Shown: positions 18,731 through 27,440 of the stretch, piece by piece | Layout: every line of letters starts with the position of its first letter | Numbering within the stretch: the stretch's first letter is position 1 | Notes under the pieces: generated by a model | What the model saw: the letters and a program-made list of their open reading frames with translations, nothing else | Database searches by the model: none | What the model was told of the DNA's origin: nothing | From: Candidatus Jordarchaeales archaeon | Lineage (GTDB): Archaea > Asgardarchaeota > Jordiarchaeia > Jordiarchaeales > Freyrarchaeaceae | Direction of reading: 5' to 3' | DNA: 32,000 nucleotides | Assembly: GCA_038889235.1 (NCBI GenBank) | Contig: JAWAHN010000001.1 | Coordinates: forward strand, 884,499 to 916,498 | Position numbers and translations under genes: made by a program

Positions 18731-19305
18731 GAGAAGCAACAGTCAGCAGAAAAACTGCGGAGACAAGTGTGAAAGTTAGAGTGAACTTGGATGGAAAGGG
18801 AGAAAGTCAAGTTGACACAGGTATACCATTCCTAGACCACATGTTGAAAACCCTTTCAAAACATTCGATGATCGACATTCATGTGGAAGCGAAAGGGGAT
18901 TTAAAACACCACCTTATAGAAGATGTGGGAATAACTTTGGGGGAGGCTCTTCTAAAAGCCCTAGGAGGTAAGGAAGGGATATTCAGGTTTGGGAGTTGCA
19001 TGGTTCCCATGGATGACGCGCTAGTCAGTGTAGCCTTAGACTGTGGAGGGAGACCATACGCGAGAATAGATCTGAAACTAAGGGGAGAAGAAGTTGAGGA
19101 CGTTAAAGCAGAAGATGTAGTACACTTTCTTACTTCATTTGCTAATGCAGCACGAATAAACTTACACGTAAATGTAATGTGCGGCGAAAACGACCACCAC
19201 AAAGTAGAAGCAACATTTAAGGCATTAGCTGTAGCTCTAAGGAAGGCTATAGAAGTAGATTCCAGGAGAGCGGGGGAAGTTCCGAGTGTCAAGGGAGAAC
19301 TCTAA
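18727..19305 (+). CDS. hisB: Imidazoleglycerol-phosphate dehydratase
   Basis: RKTAET, TGIPFLDHML, GDLKHHLIED, PMDDAL, NDHHKVEATFKA. Confidence 0.96.
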   Translation: MREATVSRKTAETSVKVRVNLDGKGESQVDTGIPFLDHMLKTLSKHSMIDIHVEAKGDLKHHLIEDVGITLGEALLKALGGKEGIFRFGSCMVPMDDALVSVALDCGGRPYARIDLKLRGEEVEDVKAEDVVHFLTSFANAARINLHVNVMCGENDHHKVEATFKALAVALRKAIEVDSRRAGEVPSVKGEL

Positions 19306-19924
19306 GAGGAGCGTAATATGTGTAATAGACTATGGCGTCGGGAACTTGAGAAGCATAAGCAAAGGGCTTGAGAAAGTTGGAGCCGACGTCAGGTTAACAA
19401 CAAATGAAGAAGACATCACCGCTGCTGATGCCATAGTATTTCCGGGCGTAGGAGCATTTAAAGACGCAATGAGGAAGCTTGAGCCTCTGAAGGAAGTGAT
19501 AATTCGTGAGATAGCGAGAGGGAAACCTTTCTTGGGTATATGCCTTGGACTACAGTTGTTGTTTGATGAGAGCACAGAAGGTGGACTGCACAAGGGGCTT
19601 GCACTGCTGAGAGGACGAGTAACCAGGCTTCCCGACAGCGTCAAAGTACCACACATCGGGTGGAACGCAATAAAAGTCAAGAAAGAAAGCCCCTTACTCA
19701 GAGGTGTAAGTGATGGCGCCTACGTTTACTTTGCTCACTCATACTACGCAATTCCACAAAGTGAGGAAGTAGTTGCAGCGACAACAACTTACGGTGTGGA
19801 ATTCCCATCGGTCATATGCTCCAATAACATTTTCGCCACACAGTTCCATCCCGAGAAATCCGGTAAGGTAGGCTTGAAAGTGCTGAGAAACTTCGTTGCT
19901 ATAGTAGAAGGGGGCAAATTGTAA
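19286..19924 (+). CDS. hisH: Imidazole glycerol phosphate synthase glutaminase subunit
   Basis: IDYGVGNL, FPGVGAF, GICLGLQ, VPHIGWN, YFAHSY, QFHPEKS. Confidence 0.97.
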   Translation: MSRENSKRSVICVIDYGVGNLRSISKGLEKVGADVRLTTNEEDITAADAIVFPGVGAFKDAMRKLEPLKEVIIREIARGKPFLGICLGLQLLFDESTEGGLHKGLALLRGRVTRLPDSVKVPHIGWNAIKVKKESPLLRGVSDGAYVYFAHSYYAIPQSEEVVAATTTYGVEFPSVICSNNIFATQFHPEKSGKVGLKVLRNFVAIVEGGKL

Positions 19925-20643
19925 TGATCGTGATGCCTTCAGTCGACATTCTTAGGGGAAAGTGTGTTAGGCTTACTGAGGGAAAAGTAGGAAGTGAGTG
20001 CGTTTTCTTTGAAGACCCGCTCCAAGCGGCGTTGCTTTGGGAGAGTGAAGGGGCAGATGCTCTGCATATAGTCGACTTGGACGGAGCCCTAGGTACGGGA
20101 AACAACTTGGAACACGTTAAAAGAATAATCGAGAACGTGTCAATCGATGTAGAGGTTGGAGGGGGAATTAGGACGTTAGATGCAGCGGTTAAACTATACG
20201 CCATGGGAGCCGAGAGAGTTATAGTTGGGTCGCTTGCAATTAAAGAACCAGCCACGGTAAGGAGACTCGTTGAGGAAATAGGTGGAGAGCACGTTATGGT
20301 CGCGCTTGACTATGTGGGAGAAGAAATTGTAATCGGTGGATGGATAGAAAGAAGTACGAGGAATATCTATGAGATGGCACGTGAAATGGAGGGTATCGGT
20401 GTTAAGTGGATTCTAGCGACATCTGTTAGGCGAGATGGAACGCTGAAAGGGGCAGATGTTGACACTATATCGAAACTCGTAAAGGAAACTAAACTGAAGA
20501 TTGTAGCTTCAGGCGGCATTAGAAGTATAAGCGATATCATTGAACTTAAGAGAGTAGGTAGTAGTGGGGTTGTGGTAGGTAAAGCGCTTTACATGGGGGT
20601 CTTCTCTCTCAAAGATGCTAAAAGGGCGGCGAGAGATTGCTAG
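19924..20643 (+). CDS. hisA: ProFAR isomerase
   Basis: [46 protein letters not shown]. Confidence 0.96.
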   Translation: MIVMPSVDILRGKCVRLTEGKVGSECVFFEDPLQAALLWESEGADALHIVDLDGALGTGNNLEHVKRIIENVSIDVEVGGGIRTLDAAVKLYAMGAERVIVGSLAIKEPATVRRLVEEIGGEHVMVALDYVGEEIVIGGWIERSTRNIYEMAREMEGIGVKWILATSVRRDGTLKGADVDTISKLVKETKLKIVASGGIRSISDIIELKRVGSSGVVVGKALYMGVFSLKDAKRAARDC

Positions 20644-21443
20644 CAAAAAGGATTATACCTTGCCTCGATGTGAAAGATGGAAGAGTAGTTAAGGGGGTCT
20701 GCTTCGAGAACTTGAGAGATGCGGGAGACCCAGCAGAGCTCGCGCAGTTCTACGATGAGCAAAACGCCGACGAACTAGTCTTTTTAGATATAACCGCCTC
20801 AAGTGACAGGAGACAGATACTGATAGATGTTGTTAAGAGAACAGCGGACAGGGTATTCATTCCCTTTACGGTTGGGGGAGGAATAAGGAGTCTAGACGAT
20901 ATAAGGCAGGTGTTGTGTGCAGGGGCAGATAAAGTTGCAATAAACACGGCGGCAGTTAAGAACCCGGAGATAGTAAGGGATGCCGCTGAGAAGTTTGGCA
21001 GCCAGTGTATAGTGTGCGCAATAGACGCAAAGAGGGTAAGGGTTTGCGAGGAGGTCGAGGGCAAGACTGTCATAAAGACGCCTGAGGGAGAATTTTGGTG
21101 GGAAGTCTACATATATGGAGGACGAACGCCGACGGGAATTGACGCCGTAAAGTGGGCGTGCACCGTTGAAGAGCTAGGAGCCGGAGAAATTCTACTTACA
21201 AGCATCGATTACGACGGAACAATGAAGGGATATGATATTCCCCTCACCAGAGAAATATGTAAAAGAACTAAGATACCGGTGATCGCCAGCGGTGGTGCTG
21301 GCACCCCTGAACACATATATCGCGTGTTGACGGAGGGAGGGGCCGACGCTGCGCTAGCGGCTTCAATATTCCACTATGGCATTTATTCCATAAACGATGT
21401 TAAAAAGTACCTGTTTGAGAGAGGAGTCCATGTGAGGTTGTAG
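20637..21443 (+). CDS. hisF: Imidazole glycerol phosphate synthase cyclase subunit
   Basis: [60 protein letters not shown]. Confidence 0.98.
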   Translation: MLAKRIIPCLDVKDGRVVKGVCFENLRDAGDPAELAQFYDEQNADELVFLDITASSDRRQILIDVVKRTADRVFIPFTVGGGIRSLDDIRQVLCAGADKVAINTAAVKNPEIVRDAAEKFGSQCIVCAIDAKRVRVCEEVEGKTVIKTPEGEFWWEVYIYGGRTPTGIDAVKWACTVEELGAGEILLTSIDYDGTMKGYDIPLTREICKRTKIPVIASGGAGTPEHIYRVLTEGGADAALAASIFHYGIYSINDVKKYLFERGVHVRL

Positions 21444-21445
21444 GA

Positions 21446-22126
21446 ATGGAGCGCGAAAAAATCTTTGAAAAGCTGAACTTCGAAAAAGGAGGAGGATTAA
21501 TACCGGTGGTTGTCCAAGACGTTAAAACAAAAGAAGTTTTAATGTTAGGTTATATGAATAAAGAAGCATTAGAGAAAACGCTCACAACAGGGTTCATGCA
21601 CTATTATAGTAGAAGTAGAGGACGGCTTTGGATGAAAGGGGAGGAATCTGGACACTACCAAGTAGTACGAGAAGCATTCTATGACTGTGACGGCGACACA
21701 CTACTTTTTAAAGTCGAACAAATAGAAGCATGCTGCCATGAGGGCTACTATACATGCTTCCACAACAAAATAGTAGGGGGAGAAGAAGCTTTTGAGAGAA
21801 AATTTGACCCAGGCAAGGTTTACGGTAAAGCAAAAATTTTGGATGAAGTCTTCAAAATAGTGCAGGAACGCATAGAGAAACCCAGAGACAATTCTTATGT
21901 TTCAGGTTTAGTGAAGCAGGGAGACGACGCAGTCATACGAAAAGTTGGGGAAGAAGCCATAGAACTAATCCTAGCAGCAAAGAATCAGGTAAAAGAGGAA
22001 ATAGTGAATGAGGCAACGGATTTAATATTCCACATCCTCATTCTTCTAGCAAGAAGAGGGATAAAACTAGAGGAAATTTATGTCACACTGGAAAATAGGA
22101 GAAAGAAGGCTAGTACACGGGAGTAA
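21446..22126 (+). CDS. hisIE: Bifunctional PR-AMP cyclohydrolase / PR-ATP pyrophosphatase
   Basis: HisI motifs (YYSRSRGRLWMKGEESG, DCDGD, CHEGYYTCF) fused to HisE motifs (SYVSGL, KVGEEA, EATDLIFH). Confidence 0.95.
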   Translation: MEREKIFEKLNFEKGGGLIPVVVQDVKTKEVLMLGYMNKEALEKTLTTGFMHYYSRSRGRLWMKGEESGHYQVVREAFYDCDGDTLLFKVEQIEACCHEGYYTCFHNKIVGGEEAFERKFDPGKVYGKAKILDEVFKIVQERIEKPRDNSYVSGLVKQGDDAVIRKVGEEAIELILAAKNQVKEEIVNEATDLIFHILILLARRGIKLEEIYVTLENRRKKASTRE

Positions 22127-23042
22127 CCCAGTGCTCGTATTTTGGATTCTTACCTAACGTAACATCTGAGAAAGCTTTTTGAAGCTTTCTAGTAATAGGT
22201 CCAGGCTTTCCATCTCCAATGGGTATCTTGTCTATTTCTATCACTGGTGTAATTTCGCCTGCTGTTCCTGTAATGAAAACCTCGTCCATGTTGTAAAGCT
22301 CGGCTCGAGTGATGTCTCGCTCAATTACAGGTATTCCAAGCTCTTCTTTTGCAAGCGTGATTACAGTATCGCGTGTAATTCCCTTAAGTATTGAGGCATA
22401 AGTAGGTGGAGTAATTAGTTCTCCATTTTTCACTGCAAATAAATTCTCTCCGGACCCTTCTGCGACGAAACCGCGATGATCTAGGAACAGGGCTTCGTCA
22501 AAACCATGTTCAATAGCTTCAAGCTTTGCCAAAATGCTGTTGATGTATTGGCCACACGCCTTAACTTCAGGAGGCAGAGCTCTTGGAGAAATTCTCTCCC
22601 AAGAGGAAAACATGCAACGAACACCTTTTTCAAGAGCGTCAGGGCCTAGGTAACGCCCGAATGGGACCACGTAAATTGCTGCTTCAACAGGCACATTAAT
22701 TGGATTCAAGCCTAGAGGACCATATCCCCTAAAAACTATGGGCCTAATGTAAACTGTTTCGTGAAAGTTGTTCCGCCTCACAAGTTCAACGATGGCTTCA
22801 CAAATCTCTTCTTTGCTGTAAGGCACCTTCATCCTGTAAACCTTAGCAGAATAAAACAATCGGTCTATGTGTTCGCGCAACCGGAATATCAAGACGTTGC
22901 CATCTTCGGTTCCATATCCTCTTATCCCCTCGAAGACTCCACTGCCATAATGGAGTGCGTGCGTCTTAATGTGAACCATGGCGTTTTCCCACTTTACAAA
23001 CTTCCCATTAAGCCAGCAGTAGTCAGCGCGCTCCTCAGACAT
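22110..23042 (-). CDS. ilvE: Branched-chain amino acid aminotransferase
   Basis: HALHYGSGVFEGIR, YIRP, KACGQY, EGSGENLF, ILKGITR, GTAGEITPV. ATG 23042 with GGAGGTG SD. Confidence 0.96.
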   Translation of the reverse strand: MSEERADYCWLNGKFVKWENAMVHIKTHALHYGSGVFEGIRGYGTEDGNVLIFRLREHIDRLFYSAKVYRMKVPYSKEEICEAIVELVRRNNFHETVYIRPIVFRGYGPLGLNPINVPVEAAIYVVPFGRYLGPDALEKGVRCMFSSWERISPRALPPEVKACGQYINSILAKLEAIEHGFDEALFLDHRGFVAEGSGENLFAVKNGELITPPTYASILKGITRDTVITLAKEELGIPVIERDITRAELYNMDEVFITGTAGEITPVIEIDKIPIGDGKPGPITRKLQKAFSDVTLGKNPKYEHWVTPVY

Positions 23043-23289
23043 GAAGTACACCTCCAAAGACTTCTCACAATAAGAGAATTAGCAATGAAATATAAGCATT
23101 AACCTTTTTCCTTTACGAAAATCCTGTTAATACCGGCAAATGAGCAAAATTGCAATGAACAGTAGACCAACACGCGAGTAAGAAACTTTCCAGTTTTAAT
23201 TATATTCAGAAAACATTCTTCAGCTGAGTACCGATTCTACAAAAAAGGAAAGCGTATAACAATTATTACATTCTGACGGACGCTGGGTC

Positions 23290-23306
23290 CGCGAAAGCTT
23301 TAATAC
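23290..23306 (+). promoter_or_regulatory. BRE/TATA promoter of the tRNA-Met gene
   Basis: CGCGAAAG-CTTTAATA lies ~30 nt upstream of G23331. Confidence 0.75.
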
Positions 23307-23330
23307 CTACTCTGTGTTAAAAATACCGTG

Positions 23331-23540
23331 GCTGGGGTCTCCTAGACTTGTGGGATAGTATAACCGATCTGTACCACACTAGAATGGATTGCGCCGCCCA
23401 GAACTGGAGCCGGACTCATAATCTATCGTAATGAAAGGGGTCAGACTAGGATGAGAAATCCGGTTACGAGGGTTCAAGAGAGGGATAGCCGCTGTTAACT
23501 TGAGGGCGGCTGTCCACTGGAACTCCCTCCCCCAGCACCA
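23331..23540 (+). tRNA. tRNA-Met(CAU), elongator type, with four BHB introns and encoded CCA
   Basis: Exons 23331-47, 23385-89, 23404-20, 23458-78 and 23524-40 join to GCUGGGG UC UCCU AGACUGGAUC UGGA G CCGGA CUCAUAA UCCGG UUAC GAGGG UUCAAGU CCCUC CCCCAGC A CCA (77 nt). Each junction sits in a 3-4-3 BHB. Confidence 0.88.
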
Positions 23541-23579
23541 TTCTACTTTTTGAGAAACTTTCACAGAAAGCGAAAATTT
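23541..23579. terminator. Bidirectional T-rich terminator region between convergent tRNA genes
   Basis: + strand TTCTACTTTTT after tRNA-Met. Minus strand TTTTCGCTTTCT after tRNA-Thr. Confidence 0.55.
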
Positions 23580-23669
23580 TGGAGCCGCCGGGGGGATTTG
23601 AACCCCCGACCCGCGGATTACAATTGCGGTCTTTGATGTCCGCCGCTCTGCCTGCTGAGCTACGGCGGC
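23580..23669 (-). tRNA. tRNA-Thr(UGU) with a 14-nt intron at 32/33 and encoded CCA
   Basis: GCCGCCG/CGGCGGC acceptor stem, U73, GCUC/GAGC D stem, GCGGA/UCCGC anticodon stem. Removing 23624-23637 gives loop CU-UGU-AA. BHB helix GCGG/CCGC. Confidence 0.93.
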
Positions 23670-23743
23670 AGCTGGAGAAAATGTCCATGAAATTATATCG
23701 TACTTCCGTTTTTAATTTTTATGGAGAAGAATCGGTCCTGAGT

Positions 23744-24262
23744 TCAAGTTGTCCACTTTTTGAGCTTTGCAAAGACCCGTGCAATGAGCTCGGCGTTTTC
23801 TTTGAACCTTGTTGTGTCCTCCCTTGAGAGCACTCTAACTTGAGCTGCAGGTGCGCCAGCTACGCTCGTTCTCGGAGGTATTACAGTGTTCGGAGCTACT
23901 ATTGATCCAGGAGCAACTAGGGCCCCTTCACCTATTGTTGCGCCCTCAAAGATTATTGCTCCATCTCCTACTACTACCATGTCACCACAATAGCAACCGT
24001 GCATAACAACATTGCTTCCTATCGAAGTGAAATTCCCTATTATAACCGGCGCTGCCTCTGAGCGCGCATGGATTATAGTTCCGTCCTGAATGTTAGTGTA
24101 ACTTCCGATCTGTACTTTCCCGAAGTCCCCTCTTATGACGCAGCCCGGCCATACACTTGAATATTCGCCTATTTCAACATCGCCGATTATTGTTGCTTGA
24201 GGGCTAACATACGCGTTTTTGTGAATTCTTGGGTGCTTCCCTTGAAATTCTAATATAGGCAT
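23744..24262 (-). CDS. Gamma carbonic anhydrase-like (YrdA/PaaY family) hexapeptide-repeat protein
   Basis: IGDVEIG..SSVWPG.VIRGD, NIQDGTIIH, MHGC. Start set at MPILEF (24262). Confidence 0.9.
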   Translation of the reverse strand: MPILEFQGKHPRIHKNAYVSPQATIIGDVEIGEYSSVWPGCVIRGDFGKVQIGSYTNIQDGTIIHARSEAAPVIIGNFTSIGSNVVMHGCYCGDMVVVGDGAIIFEGATIGEGALVAPGSIVAPNTVIPPRTSVAGAPAAQVRVLSREDTTRFKENAELIARVFAKLKKWTT

Positions 24263-24422
24263 TTTCCTGTCCCTCCATTTCTTAGCAAAATTCGTGAGAA
24301 AACACGAAACTAAAATATTTTTTGACGGCGAAAAGATGGAAGGTGAAACTAATACGACGGCGGTTACACTCTCAGAGAGGGGCACGCAAACGTCATGGTT
24401 GCGGGACATTCTGGTTTAGTCT

Positions 24423-25472
24423 CTAGTGTGCTATTAGCTCGTCTTGACAGTAAAGTTTCCATTCTAACTTGCATTGGCAATCGACAATTTCTAGTTGCCT
24501 GACATCCTGGGTTACTGAGAAATGTCTTAAAGCCGCATCCACCTGCCTGTCACACGCTCCGCAGTTATGTGGCCCTCTGGGGCGACCTGAAGCTGTAGGA
24601 GTACAAATTATCGTGGTTTTCGTTTTTCCATGTATGTCGAGTATTATCTTTGTCAAAGACCAAAGCCACGGGGGTCTGTATTCTCCTCTTTCCCATAGGA
24701 GTTCCAAGAATGTTCCTTTATGCACAGTGCAGGGGTTTAGCGATACGACGTCAACCCCCATTTTCGACAAATGCATGATGGATTTCTCTGTGTCGATCAC
24801 GGCTTCAACCTCTTTTAAGAACGGGGGTTTAACCAAGAGATAAACTTTGACCCTAACTCCTAGACTCTTCAACGTTTGCAGAGCAGAGTTGAAGTCTTCA
24901 AGAGTAAAACCCTTATTCATAAGCGCTCTGATATTGTCGTTCACGGTTTCTAGCCCTATAGCTACGGTCAACGTTTTTCCTTCGAGAGCTTTAACCGAGT
25001 TACTTATTGTTTCTTCCCTTACGAATTCAGGCCGAGTTTCAACTATTACTTCCTCTATTTTGTCTTCTTTAGAAATAATGCGAAATATTTCATTTCTCAC
25101 TTGTTCAGGAACTTCCCTTTCATCGAAGAAACTTCCAGACGTGAATATTTTGACACTTACGGGAGGGGTTAGAGGCACTATTTTTTCGTAAGCCGCTTTG
25201 AACTGTTTTATGAGGAAGTCGGGTGGTAGGGGGGAGCGCGCGCCGTCGTATATGTAGCCGCACATGGCGCAACCACCGGACGTAATAGCCCAATGGCACC
25301 CCAACGTTGGCAGGATAACTACAAGGGCATGACCTGGTTTTTCGAGGACGCGATCTGGCTCCACCCAAAACCTCGGAGCCACTGCGTCAATTGATTTCCT
25401 GGATGAAAGGTGCTCTTCTCTTAACCTAGAGGAGTAGTGCGAAACGATATTGCTTATGTTTTTAACGTTCAT
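24423..25472 (-). CDS. raSEA: Archaeosine biosynthesis radical SAM protein RaSEA
   Basis: ILPTLGCHW...GGCAMCGY cluster motif, FTSGSFFD, ETRPE, GLET, YLLVKPPFL, GPHNCG.CD. Adjacent to arcS. Confidence 0.9.
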   Translation of the reverse strand: MNVKNISNIVSHYSSRLREEHLSSRKSIDAVAPRFWVEPDRVLEKPGHALVVILPTLGCHWAITSGGCAMCGYIYDGARSPLPPDFLIKQFKAAYEKIVPLTPPVSVKIFTSGSFFDEREVPEQVRNEIFRIISKEDKIEEVIVETRPEFVREETISNSVKALEGKTLTVAIGLETVNDNIRALMNKGFTLEDFNSALQTLKSLGVRVKVYLLVKPPFLKEVEAVIDTEKSIMHLSKMGVDVVSLNPCTVHKGTFLELLWERGEYRPPWLWSLTKIILDIHGKTKTTIICTPTASGRPRGPHNCGACDRQVDAALRHFSVTQDVRQLEIVDCQCKLEWKLYCQDELIAH

Positions 25473-27414
25473 TAGAGTCCCTCTTTTTAGTGAATTTTAG
25501 CTTTACAGCTACGCCGCGGCTAAGCTTAAGCATTTCTTCCCCATTTAGAACGGCTTCACCGATACCAATTAACTCTTTGGACGAGCTTACAACAAAGACT
25601 ATATCGCCGGGCCTTATTTGAGGATCGGCGTCTTCCACCCCGGGAACCATCACCGATGAACCTTTAACGTATTCGCCCTTGAATATAACCCAGTGGCTGA
25701 AATGTGCAAGCCGCTTCCCCCCCTCAAGTGTTGGTACAATGAACCCTGTTGAGGGAGATATACTAGCCAGTAAAATCCCTTTTTCGTAAAGAAGTTTTTC
25801 TTGTCCCGTCTTAACCATAGCGGACTCGGAAAGCAACATTTCTCCTGCCCCAAGTCCAAATTGGTAGTCTGCTGTTTTCTTGAAAACTTCCTTTAAGTAG
25901 TCTATTTCTCCTTGGTTTTGTGAAAAGCGTGAAAGAATCTTCTTTAAAGAAGACAACGAAGAAGAACTGGTAAGGTCTCCTTCCACTTCTGTGTATATTA
26001 TGTCCCTTCCAGCTAGTTCGCCTGCCTTTTTACAGGCTTGCAGGTATCCACCGTCAAGGTGCGCTACTACTGGACAGTCGTCAGGAAATTTGTTTAAGTA
26101 ATTTGCAATGCACTCTGCGGTGATTCTTATCTCTTCTTGATCCCAGTCTCCGGTCACTGGGACATCGTAGTGTGCTGCTGGGTACACTTCTTCGAGTTCC
26201 CGCGGAACTAGTCCAAGGGGGGACGTCACTATGCCTTCACATACCCCTTTAACTCCCGACTCAGTTATAATTTTCCTGAAAAGTCTGTGGGACGGCGAGC
26301 GAGAATAAGGTTTTCTCGCAGAGCAAGGTAGGAGGAGAACGAGGGTAACATTTTTCGGGGGCGTATAGCGCGCAGCCACTCTGCTTCTGAAGCGGGAAAT
26401 AGATGGCCTATTGTAGGATTCAGGTCCTATGCAGTAAACTTTGCCTTTGCCGGAGACAGGAGTATACTTTTCCAGCATAGAGTAAGCAGTTTTGTCAGAT
26501 ATTCTGAGAATTGCTGCTAGCTCTGGTAAGTAGTGACAGGCCTCCTCTACACCTTCGCGGAGCCGCGACTGTTTAATTAGGAAAGAAGCTTTTCTAAGCA
26601 AATTTAACGCTGATAGAATATTGTGGTTAAAAAGAAGTTGACGTCTCTCCTCGCTGCTTAACAAGGAGTCTTTTAGGTGGAGACAAGCTTCACAGAGACA
26701 TGGTAGGTCGCCTATCGAACTGAGCGGATACCACTCGCCTCCGAAAAAATAGAGATTTTTTATGGTTGAATCGATAATGGCTGAGACGTCGAAAAGATCA
26801 ACCCCCAGGTATACTAGGTGAAGGTAGTATGAGGGAGGGATTTTTCCTGGAGCATATAAAAGTGCGTTGGGGCCTATAGTGTAGTTGATTTCATTAAGGA
26901 AAGAGACTAAAACTCTGGGGTTGCGGAGAATATCTTCCAGTCCTTTTAGAACATAGATGGGAAATTCTAGTTTACTCATCTCTGAGAGAAGCATGCTCCT
27001 AAGAGACTTATCTTGGAGGTAGTAAAGGGGAGCAGCTATTGGAAGACTGCTGGCAATTTTTCTTACCGTTTTCATGCTTTCAATAAGCTCGTCAAGTAGG
27101 GCGACTGTTAAATCGCGCAAGTGGGTGATCATTGGAGTTGAAACCAAGAGAATGTCAGCTTTTAAACTCAGCCCGTAGTTTAGGGACTCCTCTGCACCAA
27201 AAATTAAAGGGCTTGGAATTGGAACAATCTTGATTTTTCCTTCAACGTTAGGTAACGCTTCTCTCTCGTGGATAGCAACAACTTCTAGTTGAGGAGGTGG
27301 ATTAAAAGATCCTACGGTGAAGTTGAAAACTAAATTTGGAGTACTAAAAACTTTTGAGCCCACTTTGACGCGGGTAATTCTTCCAGGACCGTCGTGGCGA
27401 AGCACTTCAAACAA
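25462..27414 (-). CDS. arcS: Archaeosine synthase subunit alpha (ArcS/TgtA2)
   Basis: MFEVLRHDGPGRI N-terminus, LLLPCSARKPYS.S.SH, TSPLGLVPRELE..YPAAHYDVPVTGDW, C-terminal PUA domain. Confidence 0.93.
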   Translation of the reverse strand: MFEVLRHDGPGRITRVKVGSKVFSTPNLVFNFTVGSFNPPPQLEVVAIHEREALPNVEGKIKIVPIPSPLIFGAEESLNYGLSLKADILLVSTPMITHLRDLTVALLDELIESMKTVRKIASSLPIAAPLYYLQDKSLRSMLLSEMSKLEFPIYVLKGLEDILRNPRVLVSFLNEINYTIGPNALLYAPGKIPPSYYLHLVYLGVDLFDVSAIIDSTIKNLYFFGGEWYPLSSIGDLPCLCEACLHLKDSLLSSEERRQLLFNHNILSALNLLRKASFLIKQSRLREGVEEACHYLPELAAILRISDKTAYSMLEKYTPVSGKGKVYCIGPESYNRPSISRFRSRVAARYTPPKNVTLVLLLPCSARKPYSRSPSHRLFRKIITESGVKGVCEGIVTSPLGLVPRELEEVYPAAHYDVPVTGDWDQEEIRITAECIANYLNKFPDDCPVVAHLDGGYLQACKKAGELAGRDIIYTEVEGDLTSSSSLSSLKKILSRFSQNQGEIDYLKEVFKKTADYQFGLGAGEMLLSESAMVKTGQEKLLYEKGILLASISPSTGFIVPTLEGGKRLAHFSHWVIFKGEYVKGSSVMVPGVEDADPQIRPGDIVFVVSSSKELIGIGEAVLNGEEMLKLSRGVAVKLKFTKKRDSNER

Positions 27415-27440
27415 AACAGATCACCTATTACCGAGTTTAA

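Noticed and set aside
15145-21073. Antisense ORFs within the his operon and similar ones across other CDSs
   Set aside because: They are reverse-strand shadows of well-supported genes.
23393-23412. Alternative parse with a 16-nt intron in the anticodon stem (duplicated GCCG)
   Set aside because: None of the five possible junctions gives a proper BHB. The 14-nt D-loop intron gives a BHB and a valid UCCU/UGGA D stem.
23331-23540. tRNA-Ile2(CAU), given tiaS in the same window, or initiator tRNA
   Set aside because: The GC(U)GGGG acceptor, U8-C9 and CCGGA/UCCGG (A31-U39) anticodon stem resemble archaeal elongator Met. It lacks the A1-U72 pair and three G-C pairs of initiator tRNA. The assignment rests on recalled family features.
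23328-23545. Novel 210-nt ncRNA or a 5S rRNA with an insertion
   Set aside because: It is fully explained as a tRNA-Met precursor with four BHB introns.
24330-24420. Box C/D-like element (AUGACG...CUGA on -) or a 27-aa + strand ORF
   Set aside because: The second box pair is missing, only 7 nt match the 23S, and the ORF has no support.
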